64,000 nucleotides of DNA, from the NCBI GenBank assembly GCA_010356995.1, contig ML996704.1, positions 248,001 through 312,000 on the forward strand, written 5' to 3'. Shown here piece after piece: positions 39,189 through 49,158 of this stretch (position 1 is the first letter of the stretch; the number at the start of each line of letters is the position of its first letter). The translations under genes were made by a program, and so were the position numbers. The DNA comes from Trichodelitschia bisporula. Taxonomy: Eukaryota. The notes below the pieces were generated by a model that worked only from the letters and a program-made list of their open reading frames with translations, ran no database searches and was not told the origin of the DNA.

Positions 39189-39212
39189 TCAGTTGTATCC
39201 GCCGCGGCCCAT
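39189..39212 (-). CDS. sORF 1, heptapeptide MGRGGYN
   Basis: ATG GGC CGC GGC GGA TAC AAC TGA; first minus-strand ATG after an ATG-free stretch from 39600. Confidence 0.75.
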   Translation of the reverse strand: MGRGGYN

Positions 39213-39608
39213 GGAGAATTGAAACAATTGGCTGAACAGAGGAAAGCAGAGGTCTGGGGAAGATGTGGAAGACGGCGGAATTGGAGACGGTAAGAAGGCG
39301 CAGGCTCAGAATTTGAAGTTTTCGGAGATGAAACCGGTGGGAAAGAGAGATAGTTCAACTGGAGGACAGGAAGAAATGGCGACGACAATGGGAGAGGAGA
39401 GGAAAAGTGATAAAGTGAGAAGCTGAAGGGAAAAGGAGATAAAGCTCGACGGTTTATGACTGAGGATTTTACCCTGCGAGGAAATGACTAGAACCCGTGC
39501 AGGTGTTCGAAATCGGTGCCTTTAGGAGTTGACGAAAGGTAAAAGACTGGAAATCTGCCAAATGAATTGCTTGTGGGCCGAATTCGCTGCCTAAAGAATC
39601 CATTATAT
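39213..39608 (-). promoter_or_regulatory. Pyrimidine-rich core promoter / 5' leader of the MGRGGYN transcript
   Basis: Minus strand is strongly C/T-rich (tctccttttcccttcagcttctcactttatcacttttcctctcctctccc) with no ATG between 39600 and 39213. Candidate TATAA (~39604-39608) and CATAAA (39453-39458). Confidence 0.55.
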
Positions 39609-40112
39609 GATCGCGAGGCCGCACCATATATGCAGTATTTTGGCCCCAAGTCCGGAGAGTCATCGCGGTGACCTCCAGCTAGGCAACGAGGAGGGAATGG
39701 CAACAGCCCCAGGGCCGCAGCACCTCGTTGCCAAAAACTGTCTCCGCACCATTATGGTGACAGATTGGCGGACAGGACGTGAAGATCTAAACATGGGCCG
39801 GGCCGAACACCACACAGCCTCCCACGAAGCACCAGCCACTTTTCTGCCCCAAAAAGTGGCCACGAACTGTTGTGGTCGGCGGCGAGTCATACATCACGAT
39901 TCACACGGAGCGACCGCACTGGCCGGTGGGGGAAGAAATTATCATGTCAGCACGCCAACGGAACGCAGTCATATTACTATGTACGTCCAGCCTGTCCGGA
40001 CTTGCCCGTGCTACCGTCCGGACGCTGCTGACACAACACTGGCCGCAGCGGATAATTCGAGAAGTGGCTGTCGATCTGATCCGAAATGTGCGGGGAGAAT
40101 AGACGCAGATTG

Positions 40113-40234
40113 TGTGGAGTGTGTGGAATATTCCCTGAATGCGGCTCCCAGTTTGTAAGACGTTTATAAGACGTTTAAACTGCTAATGGAGATAATGTGG
40201 AGTGTGTGGAATGTTCCGCTCAATGCGGCTCCCA
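40113..40234. repeat. Imperfect ~38-bp direct repeat (40113-40150, 40196-40234) with an internal 11-bp tandem duplication
   Basis: tgtggagtgtgtggaatattccctgaatgcggctccca vs tgtggagtgtgtggaatgttccgctcaatgcggctccca; taagacgttta twice at 40156-40177. Confidence 0.75.
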
Positions 40235-40813
40235 CTTCGTTACGTACCGTAAGCCGTTTAAGGTGTAGCACCGGAAGAGGCGGTGCCATGGCGGCCCTGT
40301 AGGGCTGATCAATGGTCGTCGTGTGGCTGATAAATCCACCGTCGCTGATGCGCTCATGCGGTAGAACTAGGCATACGAAGCTACGGAAGATACTATGTAC
40401 TCCCAAATCTGTAATTGCGTCCCCATGGCTCTCTCTCTTTACGCCAGTATGCGGCCTCGGGCGATACTCTGCCACCCGGGTCGGCAGTGCTGTCATTCCG
40501 AGCACCAATATCCGTGCATTTGGATTTCATATTGCTTATGGGGCACTTGGATTATGCTTCAAAATCTCTTAGAAAATGGATGTGATTCACTGTGAGTTAA
40601 AATAGAAATGGCCGTTAACCGCCCCGATCCCAGTGCTTTTCTACCATTCTGGCCCATGTGACAGGTGGCAAGGACTGGGCGATCGTGCTAATTGAGGTAA
40701 ACCCCATTACCCGTTTGTAGCAGTCAACTTCCGCTGGATGCTATTGTGCGAGCAACCTCCAACTACAGTAAATGGGCTGGTTGATGATTGGCAGACCACC
40801 GCCCCGAAATGGA

Positions 40814-42026
40814 TTAAGCACTGTAAGAGCTGATGTAGTACTGGCTGCAATCAGCTTTGTTACGCCTGGCAATGTCACTTACAGTCAATGCTGACTCTTC
40901 CTCATCGCGCTCGCTCGGTAGGTAGACGTAGAGAATGAGGGCGTGTTCGTGGCAGAAACCTTCTCCGTCAGCATCAGATATCCAGGAAGCGGAGAATCTA
41001 ACAAGCAATGACGCGACCTCCAAGCCGACCAACCGACATGACCTTGCCCCAATCCTTCCCATCGAGTCGCACCTTTGCCCACCCCTCCTCACTTTGACCG
41101 TCTGGCCCACCAAGCTGCTTCATTCTCGTGCTCGGATGCTGTTGAATCTCCTCCATTCCGCCTTCGAGATGCGACGGATCAAGCTCCGGATTATCTAGCC
41201 CAGTCCATAGGCTGGCCATCTTCATCGCGTCAGTCTTGATGCCTAGCCGTAAGCAACCGTGCATGTTGGCCGCCATCTCCAGCCTCGGGCCGATAGCGCT
41301 TAAGCCAGCCGTCACGGATCGGGACTCGAGCGCGACCTTGGTGAAGCGGTCCGAAATGCTCTTGAGCTGCATCAGGGGTGGTAGAATAATGTGCACATCT
41401 GGATCGCGACAGCGCGGCTCGTGTATGCCCTCTACTTTAGACGGGCTGAGCACCCGGACCGGGACATCCTGTGTGATGGTGGTCTCACGCTCCCGCGACA
41501 AGCCGATGCCAATCCCGCCGTCGTCGTCCTCACTAGCCGACTGGCGTGCGTTGCCGATGGAGTTGCGTACGATGGTGATAGAAAGCAGCGGGATGTTGTC
41601 CTTTTTCGTCAGTCGGATCGAGGCCGCAGTAGCTTGCAGTGCCGATTTTAGCGCCTGATGCAGCGGGCCCAGTGGTACTTCAAGGTTGATTACATTCTCG
41701 GCCGCCGACTGGATGGTGTAGCCTTCGAAAATGGCGTCCTGGGCAATTAGCTTGCCGCATGACGATGGGGGCAACGTACGATGGCGAGCACCCTACGCTG
41801 TTAGCAGTTCCACGAAGTCTGGCTCTACTGCATACGCCCAAACCTGAGTCCCTTGTTCGGGAATGATAGTAAAGCGGACATCATTCTCGTTCAGCCGCAC
41901 CCACGCCACGGGACCCAGCGAAGTGAGTGATGCGACGAATTCTTAAGATATTAGCGCAGCCTTCAGAGATGATGATTGCTTACTAGTGAACGTGGTGATA
42001 TTTTGTATCTGAGCCTTGAAGCGCAT
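40814..42026 (-). CDS. HUS1: Hus1, 9-1-1 checkpoint clamp subunit
   Basis: MRFKAQIQNITTFT, IIPEQGTQVW, YTIQSAAENVINLEV, IRLTKKDNIPLLS, ITQDVPVRVL, DVHIILPPL, CHEHALILYVYL, QYYISSYSA*. Multiple introns including a micro-exon near 41780. Confidence 0.92.
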
Positions 42027-42362
42027 TTTCGCGCTCATACGTACCGTACCAGAGGCCTCGTGCTGGTGGTTGGGGTGGCCCAAGGGGCCCACCATCCCTG
42101 CAGCTGAAATGCAGTCCACCACGTCGGCACCTAACCACCTCCTCCACCACCATCTCTGGCCCTCCCAACCACACCCTAACCCCGCACCTTGACCCGGACC
42201 TTTCACTTTGATTTCGCGCTGCGTCGCGAGGACTTGAATGCTTTTCAATTACGTCAACTAGTTACTGCAAACTTTCATCAAAGAACTTCCGCGATCCGTA
42301 AGAACTCAACCGCAAAGAAAGTCACGCCATCAGCTGTCGCCCCGCAGATGCAACACACTCAT

Positions 42363-42938
42363 TCAGCAGTTATGCGATATCCTCAGACCACTACCCGCGT
42401 CGTCGGTGTCGTAAACTCCACCCTTGACCCTGTCCGTATTTGCCACGGCAAGCCGGTAGTTGAGTGTGCTCTGGCACACGAGCGAGTTGATCCAGACGAG
42501 CTTGGGCTCGTTGAGCGCGGTGCCCGTGGGGAACTGGAACGTCCCGACCAGCGACCCGGTCAGAGGCGTGATGTTGTCCCATGTCGGCTGTGTGGGCAGG
42601 TTGCCGTTGATGGCATAAACGTTGATGACTTGGGGGTCACCGATGCCCCAGACGTACGCGCCATGGCCCGGCTTGTAGTCGAACTGTAGGTTGCAGCCCC
42701 AGGAGCCCTGTGGGATGTTTTGGAACGAAACGATGAGGTCTTTGCGGCCAATGTCTTGGTTGACGTCGACGACGGAGGTCTGGGGCCCGTTGGATGATGT
42801 GGGCTGGTGTTGCGAGATGCTCCACAGCTGCGGGAGATAGTTGTACTGGCAGGAGTCACGGGCCTCCAGCGGCAACGCCAGAGTTTTGCCGTAGACAGTC
42901 GAGATGACAGCAAGTGCGAAGGTAGTAATGAACTTCAT
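42363..42938 (-). CDS. Small secreted protein with But2 C-terminal-like domain
   Basis: Intronless 191 aa. Signal peptide, LEAR processing site, VSFQNIPQGSWGCNLQF, PTWDNI, VGTFQF, INSLVC, terminal HNC; four Cys. Confidence 0.75.
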   Translation of the reverse strand: MKFITTFALAVISTVYGKTLALPLEARDSCQYNYLPQLWSISQHQPTSSNGPQTSVVDVNQDIGRKDLIVSFQNIPQGSWGCNLQFDYKPGHGAYVWGIGDPQVINVYAINGNLPTQPTWDNITPLTGSLVGTFQFPTGTALNEPKLVWINSLVCQSTLNYRLAVANTDRVKGGVYDTDDAGSGLRISHNC

Positions 42939-44256
42939 TGTGTCTGTGGATGGTACGATGGGTTTGGGGAGACTGTTTCTTGGAGGCTATCTACGGCGTG
43001 AAGTCTTTGGCTCTTATATCTCCACTTACCAAAGCATTACGCTCGCAGCACCATAGCCATCTGTCCGCTTTGGATTTCGGTTTGTCACGCTTACTGAAAT
43101 TGCAGTTTCAATACGAGAGGAGGCGACATCACGCGCTCGTAGACACTGCCCGCCAGAGAGGCTTCTGAGATGCAAGGAGAGCCGATTGAAGGAGGTAGAG
43201 GCCGGCAGGGAGTGTCAATATCATGAAGGGTGCATTACGGCGTCAGGAGACTTAAATACGAGGAAGGAGCCAACTGCGTAACGTCGTGTCCCCGGATGAG
43301 AGGCGAACAGCTCGAACGTATGTTTCCCGCGGTCTTCCGCATCCTTAGGGATGAAGCTTTCTGGTTGCGATCAAGATTTCCGATCACGAAGGTAATTGCC
43401 GCTCAACTGAGACATCTCGTATCGGCTGATCGCTGTGATGTTCTGCTAAACTTAGATCCGACCGGGAACAAATCAATTCTCTGTGGCCTCGTTCGCTCCT
43501 CCTCAGCTTCGCAGTTGTATCCTCAAGTTGCAGTGGATTTTTGAGGTATAGGATCGATGCGCGTTATGCTATAGGGCAAGCAACGGAGTGAAGCTATCCA
43601 AAGTCGGTCAAATGCTGATATTTCTGAGGATTTGGCCTATCATTATGAATGCCCCATCACGCAATGCATCCTCGTCCGGCCTTACGGTCTGAGTAGATCC
43701 TCCGTTGGGAACCATTAGATGCACACTCCCAAAGCTTGAGATGCGCACCATAACTAGACATCCTCAAATCTAACCCATCATTAGGCCAAAGATCTGAGCA
43801 ATCTGAGCCAATCCAATCCACTCCCTTATCTGTGGCCCGTAGCACCCTTTGAAGTTGAATAACAAATTTTCCATAGGTGCATGTCGTCGAATTTCGGACC
43901 TGAATACTTGCCTTAGCGAGGCGAGTAATTTGATAGTTAACCTGGATGTGTGCGGGAAAATGTGCTATCCAAATTCAAACTCTGGGTAGCTTTAACGGGG
44001 TAGCTAACCTAACCAGCTAGTATTTCCCAAATCAATAACCGTATTAGTACCCGACTCGCCCTCCCCTATCTGTTCCTCAAGCATTACCACGAGAAATTGT
44101 GACGGGCTCGTTAATATTTCTATATGCGTTTACCCGTAGCATGTTAAGATTAACCGACGTAAGGTTCGGACGCAACAACATCAAGGGAATGACATCTTAT
44201 CTAGCGGTAGGATTGCGGCTGGGACACGGGCAAATATAACGGGATCATTGCGGGTC

Positions 44257-44429
44257 TATCCCTTGTACTGGGGGCGTCCTCGCTGGCATCCTAAGAGCTG
44301 GCGAGCCGATCAGGAGTAGAATTTATTTACATAAAAGTACCGAGAAGAAATCTTGCCCTCTAATTGGTCCGCCAGTCATGAAGAGGTCAGCGACGACGCC
44401 AGCGAGGACGCCCCGCAATACAAGGGATG
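44257..44429. mobile_element. MITE, divergent subfamily (TIR TATCCCTTGTA..GGGCGTCCTCGCTGGC)
   Basis: tatcccttgtactgggggcgtcctcgctggc and gccagcgaggacgccccgcaatacaagggatg are ~31-bp inverted repeats sharing the terminal motif of the family below. Confidence 0.75.
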
Positions 44430-44486
44430 ATATACACTTTAGAAAGCTAGAGTCTCACAGTTCTCGTAAGCGGGGGGATACTAGAC

Positions 44487-44685
44487 TATCCCTTATATGG
44501 CCCAGGTACATGCCCAGGTACTCGTCGCCCACTTTTCGACTATCTTGGACCAATAAAAAAGCAAAAATTTAGTTCTGTAAAGGTTTATCTGTTTCTGTAA
44601 TAAATACTAGCTCTTTGACTGGTCCATAATAGCGGAAAGGTGGGCGACGATTACCTGGGCATGTATCCGGGCCGTACAAAGGATA
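44487..44685. mobile_element. Foldback MITE copy (TA-flanked)
   Basis: TAtcccttatatggcccaggtacatgcccaggtactcg...cctgggcatgtatccgggccgtacaaaggaTA. Confidence 0.85.
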
Positions 44686-45439
44686 AGCAGTCGCCCTTCA
44701 ATGGCGGCCGAGTCCGAGTCCCAGCGAGGTGTACTGGCAACGACTCGGAAAAAGCGGACGGTTTTCGGGGAACTGGGGTAGTAGTTGCACCGTAACATAC
44801 CTAAGATGCCCGGCTTGAATGTATATATATATTCAAATTAACGTCCGGTATGTTGTGCTCAGCCCCAGATGTTGAAACTCAATATGCTTATGGGCCGCCT
44901 TTTGATGATAAATTAGCTTCAGAAGAGAGAGAAACGTTTAAGATCATACTACCTAACAACGCTATTGAAAGTCGTTTATGAGGTAAATAACGTTCCTGCT
45001 AGGTCTCTTGGGTCATATTGTGTTATCACTTTTACTGCCGAAAGATTGCTGCGCTCCTGGCAATGGTACTTACTGGAGTACTCAGCTTTGTGGAGCAGTT
45101 AGAAGGATGCATTTTACCAACACAAAAATACTGGATGCCAGCTAACCTAGCAACTTGCAACTGTCCATATACTCATGCTACCGTAGGCTACCAGCTTGGA
45201 GTACTAATATTATGCGACTTGGTGAGATTGATAACTCGTCATCCCTTGAGTATGTGACAGTTGCAAATTGCGGAGCGCAGACGTAAACGATGTTGGTAAA
45301 GAAAAGCTCTAACGACGATACGTAACGTTACAGTATCTAGCAAGTAGCCCGGTGAGTAGCTCACCCCTAGGGGGGATAGAACAAAGTCCAGATGTACGCT
45401 GGTGAGGCCTAGCATTGACCTTGTGGCGAGCTCCTCACG

Positions 45440-45765
45440 TTTTGGCTTTTCTATCAATTTAGGGGCATGAATAAAATATTGGATCATCCAGCTCCTGGAG
45501 GCAATTGATGATGGTTAAGGGCAAATAAGGGCAGCCTTAGGTACACCTGACATAAAGCAACGGTAAAATAAACATCCATAATAGGTGGTCCAATCAAGTA
45601 GTTGGGCCCTTTATAAGGGTTATATAGATGCTGTAAAAATATTTATGCATGCTGGAAAGTAAAGCGAGCTTGAAGGGGGCAGCAATTAATGTAGAGGTCC
45701 TCTAGAATCTAAATTCTACAGCTTTAATGCACATTGCATTAAAATTGAGGCAGAACTGTTGATGG
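45440..45765 (+). pseudogene. Decayed ankyrin-repeat gene fragment
   Basis: Fragments in different frames: GHE*/IIQLLEA, WALYKGYIDAVKIFMHAGK* (45603-45662), LKGAAINVEVL*NLNSTALMHIA (45670-45738). These resemble the ankyrin consensus TALHxAAxxGHxxxVKLLLxxGAxIN. Confidence 0.5.
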
Positions 45766-46165
45766 AATAATAAGCTTTTGAGCTAGTTCCTGTAGCTACA
45801 CATGCAATGGGACAAGCAGCTTAATACTTCAACTGGTCTAACACGCTTGAGAGAATTTATTAACCAGCCGCAAGCATATCACCTCATAACCTTGTGCACT
45901 GCATGAATCTCCAGCCGTAGCACTTAAGCAGACTCGCTACTAGTGGACTGAATCAGAATGCACTAATATTTAAGATTATGCGACTATCTATATCTTAGCC
46001 GACAACGTCCATCCTGTATCATTGCAGGGTATTAGGCAATTTTCTCTTTATGTATAGCATTGTCAGTAGCTGGGAAGTATTCGTAATAGGAACAATATCA
46101 ACGAGAGTAGCTACTAGCATCCACGGAATATCCTACCCTTTAATTCATAAAGATATTTATGGTTT

Positions 46166-46342
46166 TATCCCTTGTACGGCTCAGGTACTGGCCCAAACGC
46201 ATGCCCGGGTACTCGTTGCCTACGTTCTCACTCTAAAAAATTTATCTACTTCTACAACAAATTCTAGCTCTTTGACTGGTTCATAATAGCGGATGAGCTG
46301 GCGACGTGTACCTGGGCCAGTACCTGGGCCGTATAAAGGATA
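46166..46342. mobile_element. Foldback MITE copy (internally shortened)
   Basis: TAtcccttgtacggctcaggtactggccc...gtacctgggccagtacctgggccgtataaaggaTA. Confidence 0.85.
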
Positions 46343-46999
46343 ATTTAGTAAGCACTCATTCTACAATAGTCATTGGCTCAAAGATGGACAGCCCAATAGT
46401 CTCGAATACAGCTCTTTAATTAATAGCCCACAGCTGGCAGATATCGCGCCAGAAACATACTAAAATTTCAAAGAGGTAGGGCTTGTGAGAGTCCCTTTTT
46501 AAATTTTGTACAGGGCTTTGTACTTGTACCGTGCTAAAACTGATGTCTAAAGAAGCGCCTTGATATAATGCACTATATATTAAGAACATCTTTGTTGTAA
46601 GGACCATTGGGCTGTCCATCTGACAGACCCTCCGGCATGCAACCAAGAGTGTGTCATAAGGATTTTGTCTAACGAGGGGTTTAACCTGACTAAACTACGT
46701 TCCGTAAATAGCCCGTGAGACCGGCTGGTTGCTGCTACCTAAATAAACCGCGAAGGGGCCGCATTGGGTGCAAGACTGAAGGGCATTTAAAGAAGAAACT
46801 TAGTATGTCCGATTTCCCCTAACGAGATGTATTGTTTGGGATTTTATTTAGCATCATGCTGGGATAGAACATGGAGCAAACAATCTTTGGAATAGCTTTG
46901 TAGACCGAAAGTTAAGGAGGGCTATTGATTGGCTGGAACTACCGGATGGCTGAGATGTAACAAGCAGCCGTTGGCTGGTTTGGGATGAGGGCTGGGGGA

Positions 47000-47210
47000 T
47001 ATCCCTTGTACGGGCCAGGTACTGGCCCAGGTACATGTCCAGGTACATGTCCAGGTACTTGCCCAGGTACAAATCGCAGTCATTGGCCAGTTAAAGAGCT
47101 AGTATTTGTTACAAAGACTGAGAATTCCTTACCGGACTAACCCCTTGCTCTTTAGTTGGCTATTGACTGCGATCTGTACCTGGGCCAGTACCTGGCCCGT
47201 ACAAGGGATA
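47000..47210. mobile_element. Foldback MITE copy with expanded 12-bp subterminal repeats
   Basis: TAtcccttgtacgggccaggtactggcccaggtac, with five CCAGGTAC units on the left arm ... gtacctgggccagtacctggcccgtacaagggaTA. Confidence 0.88.
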
Positions 47211-48937
47211 GGGCAGACAAATATCTTCGAAATACTTCGCCCGTGCAGGCGGGTATGATGATGCATTCATAGTCCGGAGCAGCCGTAGGGGCTATGACTC
47301 ACACAGGCGGGTATCTTGATCTTGGGTTTGGGAGGTATGCCGGTGACCTGTCTTTCGTGTGTGACCCTTTGCCATGTTTAAAGAAGAGAATTCACACGTT
47401 AACATGTTGCCCAGGTCTTGCCGGCTAAGCCACTGATATTCTCAGTTCCATATACACAATGGTTGCGATGGCATGTACAGCATTTATGCAAAGTAACTCC
47501 ACCTAGGGCTTTCTTTCTGCTCAAATCGATGTTAGGACCTCTAAAGGCTACTCAGCACATTACCATATATCACACCTAGCAATATCAATGAATGTAGATA
47601 AATTTAAATTGCTATCGCTTGTACTTTGGGCATCCTCGCTAGCGTGCTTGCTACTGGCAGACCAATTATAGGGCAAGTTTTTTTTTTTTGCAGAATAGTT
47701 ATGGTTAAACCTAGGAGCTTCCGGTAGTCAGCCAGTTTTGGTTTGAGCGTCTTAGGGATCAAAGCTCCAAAGTCCAGACCGTCTAGACTTTATATGTGGC
47801 TTGTGCGTATGATCCCTATCGAAATCGACCCGCGGGGCGGTTTCCTTACCAGGGTGGACGGGAGGGGGGGGAGGCACCGGTCTAGAGAAGCGGGCGCTTT
47901 TTCCCGCCTTGACCTTAAAACCGTAGGGAGCCACAGCGGCCAGGAAAGATAATAATAATATCCGGAAGGAAAGTTTGAGATTCAGCTGCGGCGCCTGAGT
48001 CAATTTGAAAGGGGTGAATCAGTTGACGCCTGCTAGTCTTTAAAAAATAATCATGTCGGCAGTAGCCGAGTGCGGGACGCATATGCACCGCTTTGAGTAA
48101 GGACTTAATTGAAAAGATCTTGGCAGTTGCTCCAGCATATTGCCTGTATCCTGATGCTGGTACACACGGTATGGACCTTACGGGCCTCTTTCAATAGTCT
48201 CACGTAGTCGGCTCATGCTTTCATCTGAGAACACTTATGTCCTATCCATTAAACGACTGGTAGACCAGTCGGAGACCGCATTTTATTTACATAATGAAGC
48301 GGTTAAGATATATTGCGCTATTCGACTCCTTAATTAACATAACGACGGCGAGGCGCACGAGACCCCGCCAGAAATATAAAGGATAGGTAATACCCAGGCC
48401 GTTTTCAGTCGTCATTAAATTTTCTGCTCGAAGAAGCACTTGTCTTCGACGCTAGAATACAAAACCATCAAGGCTGAGCGCTATGAACCCAATCCATTAG
48501 CTAGCTATTAGCCGATTGGAACGAAATGGCATAGGAGTATGGTTTCTTAGAAGTTTAGATATCCTTTTTCTTTTAGCCCAATCAAGAACCCTTATATCCG
48601 TACTTGTAAATGCTATTTCCCCGCCCCAGCTCACGTTCTTGACGCTTTCGGCTGAATCAAATACGATTCATCGGCCTGCGCTTCAAACCAGATATTCACC
48701 CGGTAAGGGCCGCCGCTAAACGCTCTTTTATCCGCGCTCAGTCCAGGAATTTAGCTCCAGTTTATTTACTTAGCACTGAGTGTAGAATTATGTAAATTCA
48801 ACGCCCTCATCCTTTGAAGATACATTGATGACTGATTGATGCGTGTTTATCATGTACCCATGCCAAAGCTTAGATTACATGTCTATCATTACAATGATAC
48901 TGCGTAGAAAAGTGTGATAAGCTCTAGCAGTTCTCCA

Positions 48938-49158
48938 TATTTCTTGTACGGCCCAGGTATTGGCCCAGGTACACGCCCAGGTACTCGTCCCTCACTTTCC
49001 CCTCTCATAGACCAGTTAAAGAGCTGAATTTAGTTCTGTAACGGTTTCTCTGTTTTTATAACAAATCTTAGCTCTTTAATTTGTCCATGATAGCGGAAAA
49101 GTGGGGGACGAGTACCTGGGCGTGTACCTGGGCCAGTACCCAGGCTGTATAAGGGATA
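48938..49158. mobile_element. Foldback MITE copy (most complete, ~100-bp arms)
   Basis: TAtttcttgtacggcccaggtattggcccaggtacacgcccaggtactcgtcc...ggacgagtacctgggcgtgtacctgggccagtacccaggctgtataagggaTA. Confidence 0.9.

Noticed and set aside
38845..39222. 125-aa plus-strand ORF, and the 246-aa minus ORF 38248..38988, around the MGRGGYN locus
   Set aside because: No recognisable features. The repeated segments are conserved as peptide only in the minus-strand sORF frames, and the 246-aa ORF is largely antisense to MSS1.
47880..47910. GC hairpin followed by CTAG on the minus strand (Helitron-like 3' end)
   Set aside because: Followed by A rather than T, short spacing, and no matching 5' end or second copy.
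48244..48385. Possible seventh, highly degenerate MITE (ends TATAAAGGATA; shares TTTATTTACATAA with the 44257 copy)
   Set aside because: The left TIR is too decayed to define.
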